Shown here: piece after piece, positions 47,906 through 57,061 of the stretch | How the letters are laid out: each line of letters opens with the position of its first letter | How positions within the stretch are numbered: position 1 is the stretch's first letter | Assembly: GCA_046318155.1 (NCBI GenBank) | Contig: JBKCUU010000023.1 | Coordinates: forward strand, 1-57,228 | Length of the DNA: 57,228 bases | Source of the DNA: Bdellovibrio sp. | GTDB taxonomy: Bacteria; Bdellovibrionota; Bdellovibrionia; Bdellovibrionales; Bdellovibrionaceae | Direction: 5' to 3' | Notes under the pieces: model-generated | The model's database searches: none | Seen by the model: only the letters and a program-made list of their open reading frames with translations | Told to the model about the DNA's origin: nothing | Translations under genes and position numbers: made by a program

Positions 47906-49944
47906 AAGCTCGATTTCGGACCATGTTTGCGTTCATACTCGTAGTATTCGTCTAAAAAAGACATCAAAGCTTTATAACGCGCGGCCATTTCTTCGAGTTC
48001 GGTACGAGGGGGCGCGGGGACCAGGCTTTGTCGCTCTTGCTCCCATTCAAAAAACCGAGTGCGTCTTGCGTTTTCGACGACGACGGCGCCTTGCTTGCTC
48101 AGCGCAAGCCGCGAAAAGTGGTAGGCCTCGTGGCGAACAGCCGGGTCCAAAAGATTTTTCCCGATCATGGGCACCGTTTTTCCGGGCAGTGACAAGGACA
48201 TGAGCGTTGGAAAAAGATCAGCGTGAGAGCCAAAAGCCTCGGTGTCGACATCCTTGGGTCGTAATGTTGGCGGAAGGTACAAGTAAAATGGCACCTGCCA
48301 TTTTTGCAGCAAACTGGTGTCGTCAAAGTTGACGATCAAAAAACCATGATCACCCGTTGCCGCCAGAATCGTTTTATCTGCCAAGGGTGAGGCCTTGAGT
48401 TGAGTCAAAAACTCGCCCAGCTTTTGATTTGAATATTGACACGCCGAGAAGCGAGACTGCGCCAATTTGACATCGACATTCAAGCGGGCTTTCAGGTCGT
48501 CAGACATCGTCAGTGGCTTTGCTTTGTAGGTTGGTGGCAATTGATAGGGAGGATGATTGGTCGTCGTCATCACGACGATCAGCTCGGGACCCTGCGCCCC
48601 CTCAAGAGTTTTTTGCACATAATCCAGCACGTCTTCGTCATACAGACCCCAGTCGTGCTTTTCGATCTTTCGGCCCAATTGTCTTTCAATTTCAAAATCG
48701 CCTTCAACGGATTCAAAACCTTGAGTGCGTGCAAATTTATCGATGTCCCGCCACCCGACAGCGCCGCCATAGACAAAACGCGTTCGGTAGCCCGCCTCTT
48801 TGTAAAGACGGGCGGGAGCCGTGCGAAACTGAACTTGAAGGTAGCGGTTCTCGGTCAAAAACCCACCTTCAGGCCGGTGGGGTGTATTGATCATGAGCGC
48901 CGACAAGCTTCCGATCGTTGCGGTCATCGACGGGACAAAGTTTTTAAAAACGAGATCCTCTTCAAAGTGTTTTTTCAAATCTCCCATCAAATCAAACTGC
49001 GGTGATTGCAATGTCAGCCAATACGAGCCAAAGCTCTCCATCATCAGCACCACGACATGAGGTGATTTTGGTGTGCCTGCTGGCAAAGATGGAATTGTTT
49101 TTTGAAACCACACCAGAGGATCTTCAGAAGGCGGTAATTCGCCGCTGCCTAAAAAGTCTTGCGCTGCTGCGCGGGCACTCTCGTAGCCGTAGGTTTTGGC
49201 ATTGATATTCCAAACGGCGTTTTCGCGCAAACGAAGCTTCACCGCGCGGTGCAAACTGTGCAGTCCACTAAAAGCCAAGTAGTTCACAAAAGGTTTACTT
49301 GAAATCGTGGCGTCGGCAACACCCAGTGGAAAAAGGCCTAGACTTCCGCGCGCCCCCAAAGCCAAAATTAACATGATGACAAATGCAACCGAAGCCCGCT
49401 TCATGATTTGCCTGCTCGTGGCTTTGACAGCGGTGGCGGGTGAAACCTCGGCGGTGCCGTGAAAGGCGCGGCCGAGCAGTTTCCAAATCGCAAACGACGT
49501 CACGGCAAGGCCCAGCAAGATCCAAAGGGCCGGATAGTTCTTCCAAAGCGTGGCGACTAGCGCCTGAGTGTCATCCTCAAAAAAACCAAAAATCATAATG
49601 TTCAGGTGGTCTTGAAAATAGGTGTAGTAAACCAAATTGATGAAACTTAAGAAGACGAACAAAATCGAAATTAGAGTCAGGTAGATCCTGAAAGCCACGT
49701 TTATTTTTTGCAAATAACGGGTGAGGCCTAAGCAGAGAACGGGCGCGAGAATTAAAGCGGGCAACGAGAGTGCGTAACACACTGCGCTTAAGTCAAAACG
49801 AAAGCCCATCAAAAAGGCCGAGACAAGCTCGGAGCTTTGCAGCTCGCTGACGCGAGCATAAAGGAGCCAGGCCAAGAGCCGAAATCCCGTTAACACAACA
49901 AGAACGGCCAAAGACCAAAGAAAAAATGGACGAGAGGGTCGCAT
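47902..49944 (-). CDS. LTA synthase family protein (sulfatase/phosphoglycerol transferase fold)
   Basis: 5 TMs, GFRFD, MESF, TTTNHPPY, TGDHG. Confidence 0.9.
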   Translation of the reverse strand: MRPSRPFFLWSLAVLVVLTGFRLLAWLLYARVSELQSSELVSAFLMGFRFDLSAVCYALSLPALILAPVLCLGLTRYLQKINVAFRIYLTLISILFVFLSFINLVYYTYFQDHLNIMIFGFFEDDTQALVATLWKNYPALWILLGLAVTSFAIWKLLGRAFHGTAEVSPATAVKATSRQIMKRASVAFVIMLILALGARGSLGLFPLGVADATISSKPFVNYLAFSGLHSLHRAVKLRLRENAVWNINAKTYGYESARAAAQDFLGSGELPPSEDPLVWFQKTIPSLPAGTPKSPHVVVLMMESFGSYWLTLQSPQFDLMGDLKKHFEEDLVFKNFVPSMTATIGSLSALMINTPHRPEGGFLTENRYLQVQFRTAPARLYKEAGYRTRFVYGGAVGWRDIDKFARTQGFESVEGDFEIERQLGRKIEKHDWGLYDEDVLDYVQKTLEGAQGPELIVVMTTTNHPPYQLPPTYKAKPLTMSDDLKARLNVDVKLAQSRFSACQYSNQKLGEFLTQLKASPLADKTILAATGDHGFLIVNFDDTSLLQKWQVPFYLYLPPTLRPKDVDTEAFGSHADLFPTLMSLSLPGKTVPMIGKNLLDPAVRHEAYHFSRLALSKQGAVVVENARRTRFFEWEQERQSLVPAPPRTELEEMAARYKALMSFLDEYYEYERKHGPKSSL

Positions 49945-49962
49945 GTCCCTATTCTATAAAAG
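49945..49962. promoter_or_regulatory. Bidirectional promoter with overlapping -10 boxes
   Basis: 18-bp gap between divergent ATGs; TATTCT (+) and TAGAAT (-) lie 7 and 6 nt from the ATGs. Confidence 0.55.
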
Positions 49963-50673
49963 ATGTTGCAGGGAAAATCTATTCTTGTTGTTGATGACGA
50001 ACCCGATTTGCGCGAAATCCTGTGCGATGAGTTTGAATTAGAAGGCGCGCGTGTCAGCAATGCCTCCAACGGGCAAGAGGCGCTCAAGCAGGTGCAGGCG
50101 GGCTCATTTGATGTCGTGGTGTCGGACTTGCGCATGCCCGGCGGCGACGGCGTCACCTTGACAAGAGCCTTGAAGGCGCGAAGTTCAAGGTCACCAGTGG
50201 TTGTGTTGATGACGGGTTTTGCTGATTTTACGGCCGAAGAAGCCTACGAAATTGGCGCCGAGGGCTTTTTAACGAAGCCCTTTCATTTGGATTCTGTCCG
50301 CGAGAGACTTTGCCGTCTTTTAACCCCTTCGGTAGACCGCTGGACCCCGGTTCTCCCCCAAGTGCCAGCTAAAACTGTCACAGAAAAGTTTGAGACCTTC
50401 GGTTCGCAACCGCTTTTGAGCTTTTTGGGGCGTGGTGGAATGTTCTGGCCGGGTGAGCGTCTTCAGCTTCGGTTGGGAGATGAAGTTTCGTTTTTGGCCG
50501 GAAGCCAGCTTTCGGGAGTGGCTGTCGTTCGATGGGCCCGCTCAAGTCCGCAAGCAGGCCGAGGGTCCGGGGTGGGACTCGAGTTTTTGTCGCTGGGGCC
50601 CGAGAGTCTGAAGTGGGTGCTTGAGCAGCAGCAGGCGCATCAGCCCGTCCCGTTTTTACCCCGCGGATTTTAG
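49963..50673 (+). CDS. Response regulator receiver with PilZ-like C-terminal domain
   Basis: VVDDE, SDLRMP, TG, KPF; C-terminal GGMF..VVRW..G.GLEF. Confidence 0.8.
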   Translation: MLQGKSILVVDDEPDLREILCDEFELEGARVSNASNGQEALKQVQAGSFDVVVSDLRMPGGDGVTLTRALKARSSRSPVVVLMTGFADFTAEEAYEIGAEGFLTKPFHLDSVRERLCRLLTPSVDRWTPVLPQVPAKTVTEKFETFGSQPLLSFLGRGGMFWPGERLQLRLGDEVSFLAGSQLSGVAVVRWARSSPQAGRGSGVGLEFLSLGPESLKWVLEQQQAHQPVPFLPRGF

Positions 50674-51074
50674 CGGCCAGGTCCCGTGCCGCCACTCGCT
50701 GGGCTGGCTTCACCGGAGCTTGAGGGTGCTCCCCACCCGGCCGAAATCACCTGTTTGGATTCTTCATCCACCTTAATAATCACGTTGGCTTTTTTCTTTT
50801 CGGCTTCAACAAGGAGTGCCTGAGATTCTTCTTTCACAGTGTAAAAGCCGGTTTGACCGTTGAACATCACTTCCCACTCACCTTGAAATTCGCGAATGAT
50901 TTTGACGGTGGCCGAAAATGTTTTGGCGGCGTTTTCTTTTTCGTAAATGTGGGTGCTGATCCCTTTGTTTTTCTTGGGTGAGGGCGCGTCTTTGACGCCA
51001 GGAACATCGATTTGGGCGGCGACTTGAGCCCAGACATTTAATGGGAGCAGCAAAGTGATTAAAAGTGCTTTCAT
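50670..51074 (-). CDS. Secreted hypothetical protein
   Basis: AGGAG SD, signal peptide VWA. Confidence 0.7.
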   Translation of the reverse strand: MKALLITLLLPLNVWAQVAAQIDVPGVKDAPSPKKNKGISTHIYEKENAAKTFSATVKIIREFQGEWEVMFNGQTGFYTVKEESQALLVEAEKKKANVIIKVDEESKQVISAGWGAPSSSGEASPASGGTGPGR

Positions 51075-51089
51075 CCGAAGGTCTCCTGG

Positions 51090-52493
51090 TTACAGCTTAA
51101 GCCGCATCAAGCGTTTGATCCACTTGAGTTTTGAGGGCGGGTAGGGGGGGTGAAAAAACCGAGCCGCCAGCTTGAAAGGTCCCTGTTTGAGAACGGCCTT
51201 TTGGTGTGAGAAGGCTTTAAAACCAAAGTGTCCATGGTAACTGCCATGTCCACTGGGGCCAACGCCGCCAAAGGGTAAATTTGAATTCGCCAAGTGCACG
51301 AGCACATCATTGATCACCAAGCCACCACTTGTGGTTTCTTGGGCGACGCGGTCTTGGGTCTTTGAGTTGTTCGAAAACAAGTACAAGGCCAGAGGTTTGG
51401 CCTCGCGCGCGAGCCTGTCCAAGACCATTCCCAAATCATCATAGGGAATAGTCGCCATCAGGGGACCAAAAATTTCTTCGCGCGCCAGTGCCGTATAACT
51501 GGCAAGGCCGGCATTTTCGAGTTCAAAAAATTGCACGGGGTGGCGCCGCGTTTCTGCCGAGGCTTCAGGGCCGACGGCAACAGTCAACTTCCAGCCGGCA
51601 GATTGAGCCGACATTTGTTTGAGCCGTTCAAAATGAGCCGGTGAAATAATCTGACTGAGATCTTGTGAGGGGTTTTTCGCAAAACGCTCGCCGGCCTTGC
51701 GCAATTCGGTTTGCAGCTGCGGCCAAACACTTCGCTGCACAAACAAGGTATCGGGCGCCACGCAGGTTTGACCCCCATTGACCCATTTGCCCCACAGCAG
51801 GCGCTCCGCGGCCCAAGCCAGATCGGCCGTCTCATCAACAATGGCCGGAGATTTTCCGCCGAGTTCAAGTGTCAGTGTTGAAAGATGTTTGCTGGCTGCC
51901 TGCATGACCACCTTCCCGACATTGGTCGAGCCGGTAAAAAAGATGTGATCAAACGGCAAAGCCAAAAGTTCTGTCGAGACTTCCTTTCCGCCCAAAACGA
52001 CGGCGACCTCATCAAGAGGAAAAATCTCGTGCAAGATTTTTTGTAGCAGCGCTGAGCAGTGAGGCGTGAGTTCACTGGGTTTCAAGATGACGGTATTACC
52101 AGCGGCGAGGGCGGCAATCAGGGGGCAGAACGCGAGCTGCCAAGGGTAATTCCAAGGCCCAATGATCAAGCAAACGCCGCGTGGATCCCAATGAATTTCA
52201 CTGCGCGCCCCCAGCAAAAAAAAACCATTTGAAACCGCTTGAGGCCGCATCCACTCGCTTAAGTTTTTCAGAGCCAATTGCAGTTCATGCTGCACCAACA
52301 AGAGTTCGGTCAGGCACGTCTCGGCCGGCGGCTTACCAAAGTCTTTGATCGTGGCCTCAAGAATCTGATCCTCGTACAGATCTAAGCTCTTTAGGATTTT
52401 TTGCAGGCGCTGTTTGCGCTCTTGGGCCGAAGACAGCCGCAAACGTAAGGCCGTCGTCTTTTGCTTTTGAAAAAGAGAAGTCATATCCATCAT
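51090..52493 (-). CDS. Aldehyde dehydrogenase (ALDH3/CALDH-like)
   Basis: PWNYP, KPSE, FTGS, LELGGKSP, GQTCVAPD, EEIFGP, PFGG. Confidence 0.95.
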   Translation of the reverse strand: MMDMTSLFQKQKTTALRLRLSSAQERKQRLQKILKSLDLYEDQILEATIKDFGKPPAETCLTELLLVQHELQLALKNLSEWMRPQAVSNGFFLLGARSEIHWDPRGVCLIIGPWNYPWQLAFCPLIAALAAGNTVILKPSELTPHCSALLQKILHEIFPLDEVAVVLGGKEVSTELLALPFDHIFFTGSTNVGKVVMQAASKHLSTLTLELGGKSPAIVDETADLAWAAERLLWGKWVNGGQTCVAPDTLFVQRSVWPQLQTELRKAGERFAKNPSQDLSQIISPAHFERLKQMSAQSAGWKLTVAVGPEASAETRRHPVQFFELENAGLASYTALAREEIFGPLMATIPYDDLGMVLDRLAREAKPLALYLFSNNSKTQDRVAQETTSGGLVINDVLVHLANSNLPFGGVGPSGHGSYHGHFGFKAFSHQKAVLKQGPFKLAARFFHPPYPPSKLKWIKRLMRLKL

Positions 52494-53392
52494 GCACTCA
52501 TCCTTCGGACTGGTGTCCACCGCTGGGGCCAGACTAAAATCAAAACTGCTAAAGCTGTCAGCGCGAAAGCTAAAAAAGTGCGGGCGCTCACGGGTTCTTG
52601 CAGTAAAAAATACGCCATCGCGGTCGACAGTCCCGGTTCCAAGAGTTTGCCACAACTTAAGACACTCAGATCGATTTTATTGACAAGGTTTGTCATCAGC
52701 GCATGACCCAGAAAGGTCGGAAACAAAATTAAGGCGGCGATCGCGCCCCAGGCTTCGGGCGTACTTTGCACCAAAGAACTTCCGCGAACCAAGGCCGTGC
52801 CCGCAAAGAGCGCGGCGGCAACCGTATAAAGGCCGATCGAAAAGGGGACGTTTTCAAAGGTTTTTCGAGCTTGTTTGCTGCACAGTAAGTAAGCAGCATG
52901 GAGGGCGGCTGAAGCCACGGCCAGCAGATCGCCATAGCCTGACTGCGGCGAGTGACTCACTTTGTCTTGAATCAAAACCCACAGTCCCAAAAAGGCAATC
53001 GGATAAACAATCCACAGACGCTTTTTGAGCTGCTCACCAAAGAAAAAGTAAGCGCCTGCCGCCGTAAAAATCGGGTTCGAGGCGTAGAGGATCACGAGGT
53101 GTGCCACCGAGGTATTTTGGGCCGATGCCACGTAGGTCCATAAGTGCAAAAAGAAGAAAACTCCCGAGAGAACAGGCCACCGCCATTGGCTTTGTGTGAA
53201 TTTGTTCAAGCCGCCGTCACGAGAGCGCAAACGCTGAAGACCGTGGCGTGAAATCTCCCACGCCAAAAAAAGGGCACCGGCTAAAAGCAGCCGCCAAAAT
53301 CCGAGGAATTCGATCGGCGCGCCCGACCACCTGACAAAAATCGGGGAGGCCGAGAGACTTGTCAGAGCGAGGAGAAAGAGAAGACCGGTCAT
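52490..53392 (-). CDS. DMT/EamA family transporter
   Basis: 10 TMs, two EamA repeats, GD.LA, LLEP. Confidence 0.9.
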   Translation of the reverse strand: MTGLLFLLALTSLSASPIFVRWSGAPIEFLGFWRLLLAGALFLAWEISRHGLQRLRSRDGGLNKFTQSQWRWPVLSGVFFFLHLWTYVASAQNTSVAHLVILYASNPIFTAAGAYFFFGEQLKKRLWIVYPIAFLGLWVLIQDKVSHSPQSGYGDLLAVASAALHAAYLLCSKQARKTFENVPFSIGLYTVAAALFAGTALVRGSSLVQSTPEAWGAIAALILFPTFLGHALMTNLVNKIDLSVLSCGKLLEPGLSTAMAYFLLQEPVSARTFLAFALTALAVLILVWPQRWTPVRRMSA

Positions 53393-53471
53393 CTTTTTCG
53401 CTTTCTTTTTGCTCTAAAATCAGCTGAGATCATGGAGTCCAGAATCAAATGTATAAGGAGAAAGAGCAATC

Positions 53472-54158
53472 ATGAAACACATCAATGTTATTTTAGCTAT
53501 GGCGGCTGTCGGTACCCTCTTCGTCGGTTGCGACAAGAAGCCCAAATTGGAGACTGACTTGCAAAAAGCCAGCTATGCCATCGGCCAACAAATCGGGCAG
53601 AACTTGAAAAATCAGAATATCGAGTTCGATAAAGACACGTTATCGGCCTCGATTATTGAAGCCGCGTCCGGTAAAGAAGCCCGCTTGAAACCCGAAGAGA
53701 TGCAAGCTGCTTTGATGAAGTTGCAAGAAAGCATCAATAAAAAACAAATGGAACTTGCCGAAAAAAATGCGTCTGAAGGAAAAGTATTTCTCGAGAAAAA
53801 TAAATCGGCTCAAGGGATTCAAACGACAACGTCAGGTCTTCAGTACCAAATCGTGACTGAAGGCAATGGCAAAAAGCCAACTGAAAAAGACACCGTGAAG
53901 GTTCATTACAAAGGCACTTTGGTTGGTGGACAGCAATTCGACTCGTCGTATGACCGTGGTCAACCGGCTGAGTTTCCTGTGAATGCCGTCATCAAAGGTT
54001 GGAGCGAAGCTTTGCAACTGATGAAGGCGGGAACCAAAGCAAAATTGTTCATCCCACCTGAGCTTGCTTACGGCCCCACTCCTCGCCCTGGCATCCCTGC
54101 CAATTCGGTCCTGGTTTTCGACGTCGAGCTGATCGATATCGTTTCCGTCAAGAAGTAA
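53472..54158 (+). CDS. FKBP-type peptidyl-prolyl isomerase (FkpA/Mip-like lipoprotein)
   Basis: SYAIG, SGLQY, VHYKG, FDSS..RG, VI.GW.E, PELAYG. Confidence 0.95.
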   Translation: MKHINVILAMAAVGTLFVGCDKKPKLETDLQKASYAIGQQIGQNLKNQNIEFDKDTLSASIIEAASGKEARLKPEEMQAALMKLQESINKKQMELAEKNASEGKVFLEKNKSAQGIQTTTSGLQYQIVTEGNGKKPTEKDTVKVHYKGTLVGGQQFDSSYDRGQPAEFPVNAVIKGWSEALQLMKAGTKAKLFIPPELAYGPTPRPGIPANSVLVFDVELIDIVSVKK

Positions 54159-54260
54159 GCCCGTCGGGCTTACTTCACTGTCTTTTGACGCCCTTCGGGC
54201 TTCCAGATCAAAGATGCAAATCTCTGGATCATGAGGGGTTAGTTTGACTTGATTCCTATG

Positions 54261-54295
54261 AACTCCAGGCCTAGAAATGGGTCTGGAGTTTTTTT
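54261..54295 (+). terminator. Intrinsic terminator-like hairpin containing the pdxH SD
   Basis: aactccaggccta-GAAA-tgggtctggagtt plus T-tract ending at the pdxH ATG. Confidence 0.6.
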
Positions 54296-54889
54296 ATGGC
54301 GTTTCCTTCGCAAGATCCCTTGGCTTGGTTTGAATCCGAGCTAAAAAAAGCACAACAGGCGCAAGTGCCAGAGGCCCACGCGATGCAACTCGCAACCGTT
54401 GACGGGGAGGGGATTCCCAGTATCCGCACGGTGTATTACAAGGGCATGGTTCGCGGCGGATTTTCTTTTTATACCAATTACAGTTCGCAAAAAGGCCATG
54501 ATCTGACCCAGTCCGGGAGAGCCGCACTGAACTTTTTTTGGCCCGCACTCGCGCAGCAAGTCCGCGTGCACGGTTTGGTCGAAAAGCTGAGCCGCGAAGA
54601 GAGCGAAGCTTATTTTAAAACTCGCGAGCGTCTCAGCCAAATCGGTGCATGGGCTTCTGAGCAAAGCCAAGAAATTCCAAGTCCCGAGTGGCTCGAGAGC
54701 CGCGTTCAAGATTACGAAAAAAAGTTTGAGGGCGCGCAAGTCCCATGCCCCCTCGATTGGGGTGGTTTTCATTTGGTCCCCTTGCAGATCGAATTTTGGT
54801 TTGGCCAAGAGGGGCGTTTGCACAACCGCTATGTGTTTGAGCGTTTTGGAGCTGAATCTCCGTGGCGCCTGTACATGAAGAGCCCTTGA
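54296..54889 (+). CDS. pdxH: Pyridoxamine 5'-phosphate oxidase
   Basis: AMQLAT, PS.R.V..K, FYTNY.S.K, SQIGAWAS.QS, EFW..RLH.R. Confidence 0.95.
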   Translation: MAFPSQDPLAWFESELKKAQQAQVPEAHAMQLATVDGEGIPSIRTVYYKGMVRGGFSFYTNYSSQKGHDLTQSGRAALNFFWPALAQQVRVHGLVEKLSREESEAYFKTRERLSQIGAWASEQSQEIPSPEWLESRVQDYEKKFEGAQVPCPLDWGGFHLVPLQIEFWFGQEGRLHNRYVFERFGAESPWRLYMKSP

Positions 54890-54890
54890 A

Positions 54891-55499
54891 ATGAGTTTGC
54901 TCCTCACGGGCTTTGAGCCTTTTGGCGGCGAAAGCCTCAACCCCAGTCAGCTGTTAGCACAAAAACTCTCAAGAGCCCGCGGCCTTGATTGTGAAATCTT
55001 GCCGGTGTCTTACAAGCGCAGCTTTGAAGTCTTGCAAGACCGCCTCGAATCCGGAAAATACAAGGGCCTTCTGAGCCTGGGCCAAGCCGCAAACCGAAGC
55101 AAAATCTGTTTGGAACGAGTGGCTTTAAACCTCGAAGACGCCGACATCCCCGACGCGGATCTGATCACAAAAGTCGAAAACGCCATTGATCCAAACGGTC
55201 CGACGGCAGTTTTGAATCATCTCCCACTCAGACAGTACGCCCGCGAATTCAAAATGCGAGGCCGCCCGGTCGAAATCTCAACCAGCGCCGGCGCCTACGT
55301 CTGCAATTCCTTGTACTACCAAACCTTCAGATGGATGGAACACAACCCAAGAATCCTGAACTTCCAATTGTTCGTGCACGTCCCGTACTCAAAAGAACAA
55401 ACTGACGTGAAGCCAACCTACACGCCAAGCCTGCAACTCGAAGAAATGGAACTCTCCATTTCAGAACTCATCGACCTGCTGCTCGAAAAACTCACCTAG
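54891..55499 (+). CDS. pcp: Pyroglutamyl-peptidase I
   Basis: TGFEPF, NPS, ERVALN, AG.YVCN, FVHVP. Confidence 0.93.
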   Translation: MSLLLTGFEPFGGESLNPSQLLAQKLSRARGLDCEILPVSYKRSFEVLQDRLESGKYKGLLSLGQAANRSKICLERVALNLEDADIPDADLITKVENAIDPNGPTAVLNHLPLRQYAREFKMRGRPVEISTSAGAYVCNSLYYQTFRWMEHNPRILNFQLFVHVPYSKEQTDVKPTYTPSLQLEEMELSISELIDLLLEKLT

Positions 55500-55543
55500 T
55501 CTTTGCCCGCCAACCTCACGGCTCGCGATTGAAAATCGCGGCC

Positions 55544-55684
55544 CGCCCTTGGTTTTGTCTTTGGGGGCTTCCCCCCTTGATGGGGACGCGGCCATCCATG
55601 GCCTCGCCGCCCCTTCGTACCGCATCCTGCGGGGGCGGAGGTCCCCATCAAGGGGGACAACCCCCAAAGACAAAACCAAGGGCG
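55544..55684. repeat. Palindromic element copy 1 (44-bp arms, 53-bp conserved core; imperfect outer arms to about 55501-55746)
   Basis: Arms 55544-87 / 55641-84; core shared with copy 2. Confidence 0.85.
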
Positions 55685-55752
55685 ACACAATTTTATCGCG
55701 AGAGACGAGGTGAGCAGGGGGCACCCGGTAAAATCGATTTGGCAAATTAAGT

Positions 55753-55959
55753 GTGTACACATATGGGTACAAACCCATTCGCATCCAAAAACGCGAAGGC
55801 AATGCTTGTGTTCTGATGTCTGAAGAGTACTACGAAGGACTTTTGGGCGAGATTTCGTCTCTACAAAAAAGTCTACTGGCGAGTAATCAAGCTCTGCGCG
55901 GTGAAGTTAGCGAATATAAGGCTGGCAATAAAGATCGCCTCAAAAGATTCAAAAAGTGA
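55753..55959 (+). pseudogene. N-terminally deleted Phd/YefM-like antitoxin
   Basis: PIRIQKREGNACVLMSEEYYEGL; joined directly to an operator-like GTGTACAC; no SD. Confidence 0.6.
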
Positions 55960-56339
55960 AAATTGTCAAAACTCCTCAATTCGATGCGGATCAACTTCAC
56001 ATCGAAGATCATATTTTTGAATCCAATGACGGCGAAGTATAATTCGTTGAGCATTTTATTGATGAGCTGGATACGGCAGCAAATTGGATTGCTTCGAATG
56101 CAGAGACTCCCAAAGAGGATGAGATGGGCGATCGATCTTGGCCTTTTTATCGTGATCATCGTGGACTTTTTCGATATCGATTGAAATATATTTTTATCGG
56201 ACCTGCAGAAACCGTCATTCTCAAACGCATCATTGATAACAGAGAGCAAAATTTAGACATTTATCCTGTGCATAGACTTGATAGTTTTTCAGCAGATGAT
56301 GAGCAAGACGACTTAGCAGAACTCGGGTGGGGAATTTGA
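55956..56339 (+). pseudogene. RelE/ParE-like toxin with in-frame stop
   Basis: GTGA overlap with the antitoxin; MKIVKTPQFDAD..IEDHI; TAA at 56040-42; the frame continues to ..YRLKY..VILKRIIDNR. Confidence 0.6.
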
Positions 56340-56459
56340 GCGCACGCTTAACACTTGATAGAAAGGCGGCCTGGCTAACCGCGAAAGATTTGGTTTTGAT
56401 GGATCGTTGACGAGTAAAAGCAAAGAGGTTACTGATCTGCCGGTCGGGGGAGGGATTTT

Positions 56460-56785
56460 ATGGGCGTTCGGTTTTTTACTTCGCTTCTTGGAATTTCAGT
56501 TTTCTCGGGATGTGCACTTGCACCTCTAAAGCTCAAAAAATCGAACTTACAGGAACCGTTGCCGAAGTTTCGCAGCAGGAGTCATGGAATATTAATACCG
56601 TCATGAAGGTCAACCTTAGCTTGAAGGGTACAAAGACGGCTTTCTCAAAAACTTTCGAAACGAAGTCGTCGCAAATATCACATGCCGGCTCGGAAAGTGA
56701 ATTTACAGACTCACTTTTCAAAACATTGCAGTCGCTCATGAAAGAGTCGGTTCCCGTGTTGATTTCTGAGGCCGAAGCTGAGTAG
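56460..56785 (+). pseudogene. Frameshifted lipoprotein gene
   Basis: GGAGG SD + MGVRFFTSLLGISVFSGC lipobox in one frame; globular remainder in another frame (56510-56785). Confidence 0.45.
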
Positions 56786-56937
56786 GCTGCCGTCGCAAAT
56801 GCTGACTTCATCATTAAGTCCGTTGCGATCAGTGACTCTCGTTCGAAATCAAATTTCGAAATCCAAGACGGTACAAAAATCGAGAGGACCACTTCTCTCC
56901 GAATCCGAATTTCTGCAGGCATGGATGATCCATCAGT

Positions 56938-57061
56938 TCCTTTTGTAGATCTTCTTCCTCTGTAAAATGGGACCTCCGCCCCCGCAGGATGCGGTACGAA
57001 AGGGCGGCGAGGCCCGGAAGGCCGAGTCCCATTTTACAGAGGAAGAAGATCTACAAAAGGA
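56938..57061. repeat. Palindromic element copy 2 (perfect 36-bp arms; core inverted relative to copy 1)
   Basis: tccttttgtagatcttcttcctctgtaaaatgggac at 56938-73 and its reverse complement at 57026-61. Confidence 0.85.

Noticed and set aside
55461..55802. Short ORFs across palindrome copy 1 (and 56829-57032 across copy 2)
   Set aside because: Mirror-image translations of the inverted repeats.
56040..56042. Programmed readthrough or recoding in the toxin gene
   Set aside because: The stop is TAA, no recoding signal is visible, and the partner antitoxin is also broken.
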